Below are positions 17,752 through 26,285 of a DNA stretch of 64,000 nt, piece after piece. The stretch lies in the IMG/VR virus record IMGVR_UViG_3300017734_000001. One strand, written 5' to 3'. This DNA is from an uncultured virus (IMG/VR IMGVR_UViG_3300017734_000001). Taxonomy: Duplodnaviria; Heunggongvirae; Uroviricota; Caudoviricetes; Crassvirales. Under the pieces are notes generated by a model. That model was not told the origin of the DNA and ran no database searches. It saw only the letters and a list, made by a program, of their open reading frames with translations. A program made the position numbers and the translations under genes. How positions within the stretch are numbered: position 1 is the stretch's first letter; each line of letters starts with the position of its first letter.

Positions 17752-18276
17752 TTAGTTTATACTGGTTTTTAACACATTTATTATGTGGTTTAAGTCTTCA
17801 AGACTAAGGTTTACTTTGTTAGATTTTTTATTTTCATCAAATCTAGTTTCGCCATTAGCAAAATCAGTGTATGAAGTGTAATCGCTGTAAGTTGATATAA
17901 TATCTTTAGGTGTAGCAACAAAAACGCACTCTGTTTTGTAGTTATCCCAACAGCTTACCATTGTTTTATCTCTATCACCTGACCATATTATGTATGTGTA
18001 TTGGTGATCTATCTCATCTTGCAGTGGATATAAGTAGCAACTGTCATAGAAATGGTCGTGAACTAACTTTGCCGCCATTGCACTACCATCACATCTATTA
18101 TTTTCTAACAACCAATTAGCTATTTGCACACCTTGCCACTCAGGGTAACCATCATGGTGTAAGTACATGTTTACATAGCTAAAAGACTGAACGGCGCTCG
18201 GGTGTATAGCAAGACCTTTGCCTTCGCCACGCGCGTGCTGCCGATCTACTACCATAGTTAAATTTCTAGTACTCAT
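17752..18276 (-). CDS. Conserved phage hypothetical protein (YxHxDGYP motif)
   Basis: MSTR start and YLHHDGYPEWQG motif. Confidence 0.65.
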   Translation of the reverse strand: MSTRNLTMVVDRQHARGEGKGLAIHPSAVQSFSYVNMYLHHDGYPEWQGVQIANWLLENNRCDGSAMAAKLVHDHFYDSCYLYPLQDEIDHQYTYIIWSGDRDKTMVSCWDNYKTECVFVATPKDIISTYSDYTSYTDFANGETRFDENKKSNKVNLSLEDLNHIINVLKTSIN

Positions 18277-18278
18277 AA

Positions 18279-18413
18279 TTATTTAAATTTATTTGCTACT
18301 TCATATATTTCTTCTCTGTCTTCACTGTCTAAGTCCGGTGTTGTCTTAGCATAGTGACGTAATACATAGTGTACGAAAGTACAATCGTTTTCAGTAAGGT
18401 TTATATTTCTCAT
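18279..18413 (-). CDS. 44-aa hypothetical protein (not in ORF track)
   Basis: MRNINLTENDCTFVHYVLRHYAK...ANKFK fills the gap. Confidence 0.5.
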   Translation of the reverse strand: MRNINLTENDCTFVHYVLRHYAKTTPDLDSEDREEIYEVANKFK

Positions 18414-18418
18414 AGTCG

Positions 18419-18796
18419 TTATGATTTGTAGTTTTTTAAGTAGTATTCAACAATAAATACTAGTCTAGCCATTTCACTGTATATAAGAGCTCTAGCCCAA
18501 GCAGTGCCTTTTCTTACATAAGTGCCACCTGTATCTTGGTCTAACCACATCCATCTGTCTTCTCTTTTGTACTTAGGATTTAGTTGATATATTCTATCAC
18601 TGCTGTCACATCTTCTAACGTAACCGCTTGAGTATGAGCCCATTAGCTCACCACCGGGACAAAGAAATATCCTTGTACCATTTTTTGCCTGTCTTTGAGT
18701 TGTAACCTCTTTTAGATTATGCTCTACAAGCATTCTTCTTGCAAACGCATCAGTTAGCATTTGCCTTTCTTGTTTCCATGTGTAAGTGTTATTCAT
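18419..18796 (-). CDS. Hypothetical protein
   Basis: ORF track; A-rich leader. Confidence 0.6.
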   Translation of the reverse strand: MNNTYTWKQERQMLTDAFARRMLVEHNLKEVTTQRQAKNGTRIFLCPGGELMGSYSSGYVRRCDSSDRIYQLNPKYKREDRWMWLDQDTGGTYVRKGTAWARALIYSEMARLVFIVEYYLKNYKS

Positions 18797-18811
18797 ATTT
18801 ATTTAATTTAG

Positions 18812-18934
18812 TGGACGTGGCAGGATTCGAACCTGCATTTATCACTGTCACTACGAGTGGCTTTGTACAACTGATACAAGCTTGAAGCCAAGACCTCGAT
18901 TTAACTGTTAGGTGATAATAACCATTTCACGCCC
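18812..18934 (-). ncRNA. Minimal tmRNA-like / alanyl-tRNA-like RNA (123 nt)
   Basis: Acceptor GGGCGTG/CACGTCC with G3:U70 and discriminator A; T arm GCAGG-TTCGAAT-CCTGC; no D stem; TTATCAC/GTGATAA helix enclosing a long hairpin. Confidence 0.75.
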
Positions 18935-18970
18935 TCCAGTAGTTAATAGTGTACTTTCGAACTTTGTTAA

Positions 18971-19159
18971 CTACTTACGCCGCCAAGCTCTGTGCACACT
19001 AGCTGATACTTCTTGGCTGACGATTTGAATAGTATTGCCTGTCTTGTGCTCTATGATAGGTACATAGCTATAAGTTTGAGTGGTTGAACACTCGACACAA
19101 GTTTTGTAACCTAAGTCTATTCGCACTGGGTGCACAGTATTTCCGCATCTACAATACAT
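18971..19159 (-). CDS. Small C4 zinc-finger protein (DksA/TraR finger-like)
   Basis: MYCRCGNTVHPVRIDLGYKTCVEC; probable start 19159. Confidence 0.55.
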   Translation of the reverse strand: MYCRCGNTVHPVRIDLGYKTCVECSTTQTYSYVPIIEHKTGNTIQIVSQEVSASVHRAWRRK

Positions 19160-19184
19160 ATTTGTTGTTTTAAAATTCACATAT

Positions 19185-19214
19185 ATAATCAAAAACGGTG
19201 CGTATTTAGTTTGT
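19185..19214 (-). promoter_or_regulatory. Class I early promoter-like motif, copy 2
   Basis: ATAATCA-N9-CGTATTTAGTTTGT. Confidence 0.8.
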
Positions 19215-20684
19215 AATTATTCCACCGTCTTCGTGAAGCATCCACTCGATATTACTTAGCTTATGACCTTTCTGGTCCATCCAAGCCTCATAATCCTCAC
19301 TTGATAGCATACCTGAACCTACTTCATATTGGTATACTTTACCATCGTTAAAATCTAATACTGTTATATACATGCTTAGTTATTTAAATATATTATTTGC
19401 TCTTCTATATACTCTAGTAAGTCATCACTTAGTAACTCGTATATATCAACGTCACCGGCGCGTACTTCATGTATAGCAGCTGACGGTGGTGAACCTGGGT
19501 GACCTGAACCATCTGAGTAATACATAACCATTGCTTCACCAGGGTCATATTCGTAATACACATTAAGCTTCACGTCTCGTACTCTTACTTCTGCGTAATT
19601 CATAGTTTATATTTTAAAATAGTGATTTATATAGTGAATCATAAACAAAATCACGGTGTTCATCGTTTAGTAAATCTAGCTGCTCGTCTGTCATTTGCAC
19701 ACCATCATAGTCTGCGTCGTGGCAAAAGGCATCACAGAAATCAGGGTAATCACCGAAGTCTATACCATCGAACTGCATATTATCTATTTTATTTAGATCT
19801 AGTTTCATTTTTTAGATTTTAATTATATCCCAGCCTTCATTTTTAGCAAAGCTAATTGAAAACGGTTGTGCGCCTAGTAAGTATGTACAGCAACTATTGT
19901 AGTTGCTTTTATGTACTACCTCGCAGTATTTAGTTACAGCGTAAGTGTAATCAAGATAATTATTACTCTTCATATTGCTCTAGTATTTGCTCTATATTAT
20001 CTTCGTAGTCTACAATTACTCTACCTAATTCTAGGAAATGTTGTAAAGCTTTAATCTCGTATTGGCTGAGGTCATTACACTCGTTGTCCTCGATAGCGTT
20101 TAAGCAATCTTGCATATCGTTTACCGTGTTCTCGAACCGGCAATAACTCATGTTAGGCATATTATTTAGATTTAATTAATTTTAGTTGTTTAGTGTCAAA
20201 TCGCTTGTGAGTTTCACGCCACATTTTATTGTGAGTAAACTTACGGGCTTTTGAGTATGTTTTTTTACCGTCAATCTTCATACGATTATATTCTTTATCG
20301 GTAAGACCATGGCAAAAACCATGTAATAGTCGCTGTTGATAGTTAATTTCAGCCTGTTGCCTACGCTTTTGTTCGACGTAGGCAATTAACTCAGGCATCG
20401 TCTTAGGAACACTCATGTTAGTTGATACTTTTAAATAGCATTTCTACATTTGCTCGTTCGTGATCTTTAGCAACGTCATTCCAGAAGCTTTCTTTAACTT
20501 CAATGAATGTAAGACCTTTGCATTTAAACCACTCTGATATACCTGGTTTTACTTCGTCGCCAGATATAATATCTTTGATACCGAATTTACTCGGTAAGTT
20601 GCCAACGGTATAACCTTTGTATGACTTGTTATTTATTTTAGCCATTGGAACTTCGTTTTTAGTATAAAATTTAATAGTGTTCAT
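19206..20684 (-). CDS. Cluster of small early hypothetical genes (19206-19373, 19376-19603, 19614-19808, 19812-19973, 19963-20160, 20162-20416, 20418-20684)
   Basis: Contiguous short minus-strand ORFs; two were translated by hand because they fall below the track cutoff. Confidence 0.55.
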
Positions 20685-20714
20685 AAGTGTATATTTAATA
20701 AATTAGACGTATTA

Positions 20715-20744
20715 ATAATCAAATAGTGATCGTATTTAGTTTGT
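20715..20744 (-). promoter_or_regulatory. Class I early promoter-like motif, copy 3
   Basis: ATAATCA-N9-CGTATTTAGTTTGT. Confidence 0.8.
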
Positions 20745-20747
20745 AAA

Positions 20748-21351
20748 CTATTTATTTTCTTGCCAGTTATTATATAGGTGTTTAAGATATGAAGTATCTT
20801 GTATTTCATCATCGCTTAGTTTATGGAAATGTAGAAACTTTGCGAAAGAAATAATATCGTTAGTTTCTTTGGCTTCTCGCTCGTATAATTCAAAGCGTAG
20901 TTCGTTCTCTGACCATTCAAGTAATTGCTCGAACGGTATTTTTGAGTGTATAGCAACAGCGTGGACGAGTTCGCTGTGATTTAGTTCTTGTATATTCATA
21001 GTTATATATTTAAACCTCGTATGGTGTATACTTTTTTAATTATATATTCTTGTTGGTCCATGGTGCAAGTGGCAAAACCAAACTCACCATATAACTTCAT
21101 CGCGAAGTAATCTAGTTGTGTAGTGATACTCATAGTTTATTTATTAAGGTGTATAAAGTTTCTTTGATACCGTTTTTACTTACGTTACCGTTTAGGTATT
21201 GGTTCAAGTCGTCGATAGTAGATGTTACTTCAGTATTTACTCTGTTTAGTTCTATATCTACTAAGTCGGAAATATCGTTATTATTCAAGTGACTGTATTC
21301 TTGTATAAAGTCATTGTATATATCTTCACGTAGTGTAGTTAAATCTATCAT
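20748..21351 (-). CDS. Three small early genes (20748-20999, 21002-21133, 21130-21351)
   Basis: Contiguous short ORFs. Confidence 0.55.
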
Positions 21352-21397
21352 AGTATAAAGGCAGTTTAGCCACTTGCCTAGGTGGGAATTAAATTAA

Positions 21398-21628
21398 TTA
21401 AACTAATTTTTTATCTCGCAAAGCGGAAGGTATATTGTTAGTTGCCGTATAATTTTTATATTTCGACCAACATGGTAGCTTCGATAAACCATTTTTATCC
21501 ATTATTTTATAAGCGACATCGTGGTTATATTTTACCTTGTTACCATTTTTGAATGTTACTTCAATAGTTTGGTTTTTTCCGATTAGACTTTGACGTAGTA
21601 CAAAGCGTTTAGTATTTAAAATAGACAT
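21398..21628 (-). CDS. Early protein, paralog A (TKRFV.R.SL.GKN family)
   Basis: Probable start MSILNTKRF; clearly similar to 22269-22511. Confidence 0.7.
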   Translation of the reverse strand: MSILNTKRFVLRQSLIGKNQTIEVTFKNGNKVKYNHDVAYKIMDKNGLSKLPCWSKYKNYTATNNIPSALRDKKLV

Positions 21629-21659
21629 AGTTTTAATTTTTAAGTTATTAGACATAGAT

Positions 21660-21689
21660 ATAATCAATTAGTATTCGTATTTAGTTTGT
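21660..21689 (-). promoter_or_regulatory. Class I early promoter-like motif, copy 4
   Basis: ATAATCA-N9-CGTATTTAGTTTGT. Confidence 0.8.
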
Positions 21690-21777
21690 AAAGGTGATAA
21701 TTCGTTTACCAGTTATTTTTTATTATGAGGTATAGTTCAAACTCTCTCACTTTAAAACTAAATTATTTTATTCAAAG

Positions 21778-21825
21778 TGTGACACTAGACTATTAGTTTA
21801 TATAGAATAACACGCTATTGTCACA
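21778..21825. repeat. Inverted repeat TGTGACA-N34-TGTCACA, copy 2
   Basis: Read directly; in non-coding DNA just downstream of class I copy 5. Confidence 0.75.
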
Positions 21826-21841
21826 TTTTTTATTCAACTTA

Positions 21842-21871
21842 ATAATCAAATATAGTGCGTAATTGGTTTGT
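21842..21871 (-). promoter_or_regulatory. Class I early promoter-like motif, copy 5
   Basis: ATAATCA-N9-CGTAATTGGTTTGT followed by GTGCTATACAC. Confidence 0.75.
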
Positions 21872-21990
21872 GAAGTGCTATACACAAGTTTGCAACACCA
21901 CGCTTTGCCTTTATTTCCATGTACTTAACACTCGCGTAGGGCGGAGTATACTCTTCCGATCTTATTTCAGGATCAGGCCAATTTAATAAT

Positions 21991-22019
21991 CAAAACAAAG
22001 CCCCGAAGGGCTTATTTTG
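21991..22019 (-). terminator. Intrinsic terminator with UUCG tetraloop
   Basis: Minus strand AAGCCC-TTCG-GGGCTTTGTTTTG immediately after the 43-aa ORF. Confidence 0.75.
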
Positions 22020-22020
22020 G

Positions 22021-22152
22021 CTACATTTTGGAATTTATAAAATTAACCCAGTCGTCGTGGTCGTCAAACGTTGCCTCGAGGTGGGCATATTTTTTTTCCA
22101 GCATTAATATTTTTTTAAATTCCGGATGGATATTCGGATCGAGGTAATTCAT
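22021..22152 (-). CDS. 43-aa early protein (not in ORF track)
   Basis: MNYLDPNIHPEFKKILMLEKKYAHLEATFDDHDDWVNFINSKM, between a promoter motif and a terminator. Confidence 0.6.
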   Translation of the reverse strand: MNYLDPNIHPEFKKILMLEKKYAHLEATFDDHDDWVNFINSKM

Positions 22153-22175
22153 ATTATTTATTTTTTGTCATATGG

Positions 22176-22205
22176 ATAATCAAAACACAGGCGTAATTGC
22201 TTTGT
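22176..22205 (-). promoter_or_regulatory. Class I early promoter-like motif, copy 6
   Basis: ATAATCA-N9-CGTAATTGCTTTGT followed by ATGCTATACA. Confidence 0.75.
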
Positions 22206-22226
22206 GATGCTATACATACAGTGTAT

Positions 22227-22254
22227 AAAAAAACACCCCGAAGGGTGTTGTTTT
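22227..22254 (-). terminator. Intrinsic terminator with UUCG tetraloop
   Basis: Minus strand AACACCC-TTCG-GGGTGTTTTTTT after 22269-22511. Confidence 0.8.
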
Positions 22255-22268
22255 GAGTTAGTTAGTTG

Positions 22269-22511
22269 TTACACTAGTTTCGGTAGTTCACGTACGAACT
22301 TCGGGAGGTTGTTCGTGTTAGTATAGTTTTTATACTTCTTGAAACAGTTCATACTCTCGAATTTATCCTTGAGTTGGTTGTAGACAACATCGTGGTTGTA
22401 CTTACACTTTTCACCTTTGTGGTTATTAAACTCGATGATTTGATTTTTACCTACGAGTGATTTACGAATAACGAAACGTTTTGTTGTTAGTATAGAATTT
22501 GTATTAGACAT
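22269..22511 (-). CDS. Early protein, paralog B
   Basis: TKRFVIRKSLVGKNQ..KYNHDVVY..KYKNYT.TNN.P. Confidence 0.7.
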   Translation of the reverse strand: MSNTNSILTTKRFVIRKSLVGKNQIIEFNNHKGEKCKYNHDVVYNQLKDKFESMNCFKKYKNYTNTNNLPKFVRELPKLV

Positions 22512-22553
22512 AATATAAAGTTTAAGTTATTAATTAATTTTAAATTCGACTTA

Positions 22554-22583
22554 ATAATCAAGATAACCGCGTAGTTACCTTGT
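22554..22583 (-). promoter_or_regulatory. Class I early promoter-like motif, copy 7
   Basis: ATAATCA-N9-CGTAGTTACCTTGT followed by GTGCTATACAC. Confidence 0.7.
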
Positions 22584-22787
22584 GGGTGCTATACACAAAT
22601 ACCTAAAAGTTCTACGTAAATTATAGTTCCTAACTAAACTATAGTTACTGTTACTGTGGTAAAAGCAATAACCATATTTGTAAAACGAGAGATGTTACGG
22701 GGCTGGGCAAAAAAATATTAGTTTTAGTAAAAAGGCGTAGGCCTATATATGTATATGTTATTCAACACCCCTATATATCTAACTAAA

Positions 22788-22816
22788 TTTAATTATACCT
22801 ACTATTATGTAATTAT
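22788..22816 (+). promoter_or_regulatory. Class II promoter-like motif at the start of the morphogenesis arm
   Basis: TTTA-N17-GTAATTAT. Confidence 0.6.
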
Positions 22817-22859
22817 TTAGAATATATAAAAACACTAACCATGAGCAAGTTAATAAGCA

Positions 22860-23108
22860 ATGCCAAAGCAAAAACTATCCCCAAAAGCCTCCGCAGCCAA
22901 AAAACGGCGAGATCTAGCATACGCTAAGACAAAAAGACGCACAAAAATGCGCGCAGAGAATCAAAGATTACGTAGAGCCGCAAAAAAAGCAGGTAAAAAC
23001 GTTGAAAATAAAGATTATGACCACACTTCTGGTCGTTTTGTTAGTGTTTACACCAATAGAAGTGGTCACGGAGAAGGAACTAGAAAAAATAATACAAAAA
23101 ACGCATAA
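22860..23108 (+). CDS. Small basic protein, possible degenerate HNH
   Basis: Arg/Lys-rich; KDYDH..VSVYTNRS. Confidence 0.5.
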   Translation: MPKQKLSPKASAAKKRRDLAYAKTKRRTKMRAENQRLRRAAKKAGKNVENKDYDHTSGRFVSVYTNRSGHGEGTRKNNTKNA

Positions 23109-23111
23109 AAA

Positions 23112-23678
23112 ATGGCCAGAATAGAGACATATAACAATGATAACGCGATAAATCCATCAGATAAGCTGATAGGAACAGATGGAGCTGTTGGCGCTTTAAA
23201 CGCAACTAAGAACTTTGAGGTGCAAAAGCTTAAAGATTACATGTATCAAAGTTTATCTCATGATATATTGAAAAAAGATTTAATAGTTACATCGACACAG
23301 ATATTAAGCTTAAACAATGGTGGTACTATTGAGTTAGTACCCGCGCCAGGAGCTGGTAAATTACTCTACATTATCAATGCATTAATGCACTTAGACTTCG
23401 CTACTACAGCTTACAACTTTGCTGCAGCAGAACTTAGTGATGGAACAGGATTAACTTTAGGCACTACAAATTTAAATAACGATAATGGTCTTTTTAGTTC
23501 TAATCTTAACTCTACATCAGATACTTTTTTTGTAGGTGATCCAGTCGCGCCTGGTCCAAGCACACAAGTACCAGTAAATGCTGCTATTAATTTAGTTGCT
23601 ACTTCTGGAATGACGGTTTCACAAGGAGATTCACCACTTAAAATATCTATGTTGTATAGGGAAATAACTTTACCGTAA
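23112..23678 (+). CDS. Putative virion fibre/decoration protein
   Basis: N-terminus MARI.Y..D....DK.IGTD shared with 29004-29693. Confidence 0.5.
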   Translation: MARIETYNNDNAINPSDKLIGTDGAVGALNATKNFEVQKLKDYMYQSLSHDILKKDLIVTSTQILSLNNGGTIELVPAPGAGKLLYIINALMHLDFATTAYNFAAAELSDGTGLTLGTTNLNNDNGLFSSNLNSTSDTFFVGDPVAPGPSTQVPVNAAINLVATSGMTVSQGDSPLKISMLYREITLP

Positions 23679-23728
23679 AACCCTGCTCGGGTAGAGCAAT
23701 AACCAATAATTAATTAAAACCAAAACCA

Positions 23729-24019
23729 ATGACTTATTTTTATTATAAGACCAATACTTGGGGTAACTCCACGCCTCAAGTAACCGAGGAGACCAAAGAC
23801 TTTTGGAAACACCTTGTAGAGAAAAAAAACTGGAGAATTGTTAAACTACCAAATGGTTTTTACCAGACAGAATACAAAGATCAAGATGATAATTGGATTG
23901 ATGTTACTAGAAGAGAAACTATAGATGGAGCTGAATCTGCTATAAATAGTAGTATTGAGCACTACAATAAAAAACTAGAGTTTATAAAAGGACCAGTAGT
24001 AGTAAAAACATTTGAATAA
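23729..24019 (+). CDS. Hypothetical protein upstream of GroEL
   Basis: ORF track; A-rich leader. Confidence 0.6.
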   Translation: MTYFYYKTNTWGNSTPQVTEETKDFWKHLVEKKNWRIVKLPNGFYQTEYKDQDDNWIDVTRRETIDGAESAINSSIEHYNKKLEFIKGPVVVKTFE

Positions 24020-24041
24020 TAATAAACAATAATATAATTTA

Positions 24042-25604
24042 ATGGAATTTAATAACCCAAGCGAAATCGTAAAAGACTTGTCTTTTGGCGATAAAGGAAG
24101 AGAGAAGATAATGCTAGGGGTTGATAAGCTTACAAAAGCAGTTGAATCAACCCTTGGCGCATCTGGAAAGTGCGTTATATATGAAGATGCATTAGGAAGA
24201 CCGGTGATAACAAAAGATGGTGTAACCGTTGCGGAAAGCGTAGTCTTAAAAGATCCGGTCGAAAATATAGGTGCTACTTTAATTAAAGAAGCTGCTAAAA
24301 ATACAGTAAAAGAAGCTGGAGATGGTACAACCACAGCTACAGTTCTAGCATCGTCCTTGCTTACTAAATGTAACGAAACATTAGATGTAAGCATAAGAGA
24401 CCTAAAAGATGGTATAGACTCTTGTTTATATAAAGTAATGAAGCACCTAGATAAAAACGCCATACCAGTTGAAGGTGATATGCTTAAAAACGTAGCTACT
24501 ATAAGTTGTAACAATGATAAAGATTTAGGTAGCAAAATAGGTAAAGCATACAAAAAAGTCGGTAGAGATGGTGTTGTGCTTATGGAAGAGTCAGATACAA
24601 ATGAAACATATGTAGAGTTTGTGGATGGTGTTCAGCTTGAGTGCAACTTAAAGTCACAGCATTTAGCTACAAACAAAGATCGCATGACATGTGAGCTTGA
24701 TAATCCATATATTCTGCTAATGATGTCACCAATACCCAATGTTAGAAAAATACAGTCTATATTAGAGTTTGCAATAAAGAAAAACAGATCTTTGCTTATT
24801 ATAGCTGAAATGGAGCAACAACCATATGCCACATTAATAGCTAACAAAGTAAAGGGTAATATAAAAGTTAATGTCGTCGATCCACCAGGATTTGGCCCTA
24901 CTAAGATGGACACTATGGAAGACATAGCGTTCTTAACAGGTGCTAAAGTAATGAACGAAGAATTAGGTGATGATTTAGACCTTATTCAGCCAGATGTTTT
25001 AGGTGAAGCTGTAAAAGCTGTAACAGATGATAAAACGACCGTGCTTCAAGTTGGTGATCTAGGCGAAGCTTTAGCTGATAGAATAAAAACAGTTGAAGAT
25101 AAAATAAAAGAAGAAACTAATCCGTTTTTCAAAAAAAGACTAGAACAAAGGCTAGCTATGCTTAACGGATCAGTAGCTATAGTAAAAGTAGGTGCTGATT
25201 CTAAAGTTGAGCTAAAAGAAAAACGCGATAGAGTTGAAGATGCGATTCACGCAACTAAAGCCGCATACAAAGAAGGTATAGTTCCAGGTGGAGGTATAGC
25301 CCTTTTGAATGCCTCTAAAATAATCAAACCCGCTAACGCGGGTGAACAAGCTCTACTTGATGCTATTAAGTCTCCATACATAACTATACTTAATAACGCC
25401 GGTTTAGACGCATCTTTACAACTAAATAGAAAAGGTTGGGGTATTGATGTTACAACTGGCAAACCTTTGAATATGGCTAGAGCTGGTATCATAGACCCGG
25501 TTTTGGTTACAAAATCGGCGCTCAAAAACGCAGTGAGTGTTGTTAAAACTATTATTTCTGCAGATTGTATAATTAGTAATGTTAGAATAGATGAAAGCAA
25601 TTAA
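24042..25604 (+). CDS. groEL: Phage chaperonin GroEL (Cpn60)
   Basis: ITKDGVTVA, AGDGTTTATVLA, PGFG, ELKEKRDRVEDA..ATKAA..EGIVPGGG, GIIDP. Confidence 0.95.
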   Translation: MEFNNPSEIVKDLSFGDKGREKIMLGVDKLTKAVESTLGASGKCVIYEDALGRPVITKDGVTVAESVVLKDPVENIGATLIKEAAKNTVKEAGDGTTTATVLASSLLTKCNETLDVSIRDLKDGIDSCLYKVMKHLDKNAIPVEGDMLKNVATISCNNDKDLGSKIGKAYKKVGRDGVVLMEESDTNETYVEFVDGVQLECNLKSQHLATNKDRMTCELDNPYILLMMSPIPNVRKIQSILEFAIKKNRSLLIIAEMEQQPYATLIANKVKGNIKVNVVDPPGFGPTKMDTMEDIAFLTGAKVMNEELGDDLDLIQPDVLGEAVKAVTDDKTTVLQVGDLGEALADRIKTVEDKIKEETNPFFKKRLEQRLAMLNGSVAIVKVGADSKVELKEKRDRVEDAIHATKAAYKEGIVPGGGIALLNASKIIKPANAGEQALLDAIKSPYITILNNAGLDASLQLNRKGWGIDVTTGKPLNMARAGIIDPVLVTKSALKNAVSVVKTIISADCIISNVRIDESN

Positions 25605-25848
25605 TTATTATATAGTCTTAGAAAAGATAAAAGAGCAGCCAAAAAGCATTGGCGGTATAGAGTTACTTGAAAAGTATGACAAAGACACTAGATATTCAAA
25701 AGCTAAGGTAATATCTGTTGGTGATAAAGTTGAAGCTGTAAAGCAAGATGATATAGTGTGGTATGACAAACATAATGGTCATGGTATACAATTTGACAAA
25801 AAACTTTATCATGTTGTAAATTTAGGTGATATAGTAATTGTAGAATGA
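25591..25848 (+). CDS. groES: Co-chaperonin GroES (Cpn10)-like
   Basis: SIGGIEL mobile loop, KAKVISVG, VKQDDIV, GDIV; directly after GroEL. Confidence 0.8.
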   Translation: MKAINYYIVLEKIKEQPKSIGGIELLEKYDKDTRYSKAKVISVGDKVEAVKQDDIVWYDKHNGHGIQFDKKLYHVVNLGDIVIVE

Positions 25849-26285
25849 TAACTTCTTCTACAGATTTAAGGGAATTGCAAATATTTAAGTATTACAGGCT
25901 CGTTCGCAAATGGGCCTGTAAAACTTATGATATAAAAGACGCAGACCTTGAATTACTTATATATCTTGACTGTAAAGATAGATTTACAAGAAAAGATTTT
26001 ATGGACGGTACATATACTTACTCTTGGGATAAAGGTAGGTGGGAACGTCTAAGGCGTGAAGGTTGGATAGACGTTTGGCGCCAAAGAAATAGAACTTCAA
26101 TTAAATATAGTATATATAAAACTTCGTACAAGTGCAGACAATTAATATCAAGAATATATCGTATACTATTAAGTGAAGAGGATCTTCCTACAAGTAGTCG
26201 CGGTGTTTTCTATAAAAACAAAAATTATAGCGATAAAGTTTACAACAAAGCTATAGACGACATGATTAAAGATCCAGAACGATGA
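25845..26285 (+). CDS. Putative winged-helix DNA-binding protein
   Basis: DLELLIYL..FTRKDF..L.REGWI..YKTSYK pattern. Confidence 0.45.
   Translation: MITSSTDLRELQIFKYYRLVRKWACKTYDIKDADLELLIYLDCKDRFTRKDFMDGTYTYSWDKGRWERLRREGWIDVWRQRNRTSIKYSIYKTSYKCRQLISRIYRILLSEEDLPTSSRGVFYKNKNYSDKVYNKAIDDMIKDPER

Noticed and set aside
19926..19935. GTATTTAGTT partial promoter match
   Set aside because: No ATAATCA at the required distance and it lies inside a short ORF.
21985..21991. Eighth class I motif (ATAATCA)
   Set aside because: Only one half is present; a terminator hairpin occupies the CGTA..TTGT position. Possibly a relic.
17629..22583. 30-nt repeats as a CRISPR or mini-array
   Set aside because: Spacing is irregular (hundreds to over a thousand bases), intervals hold genes, the middle 9 nt vary, and no cas gene is present.
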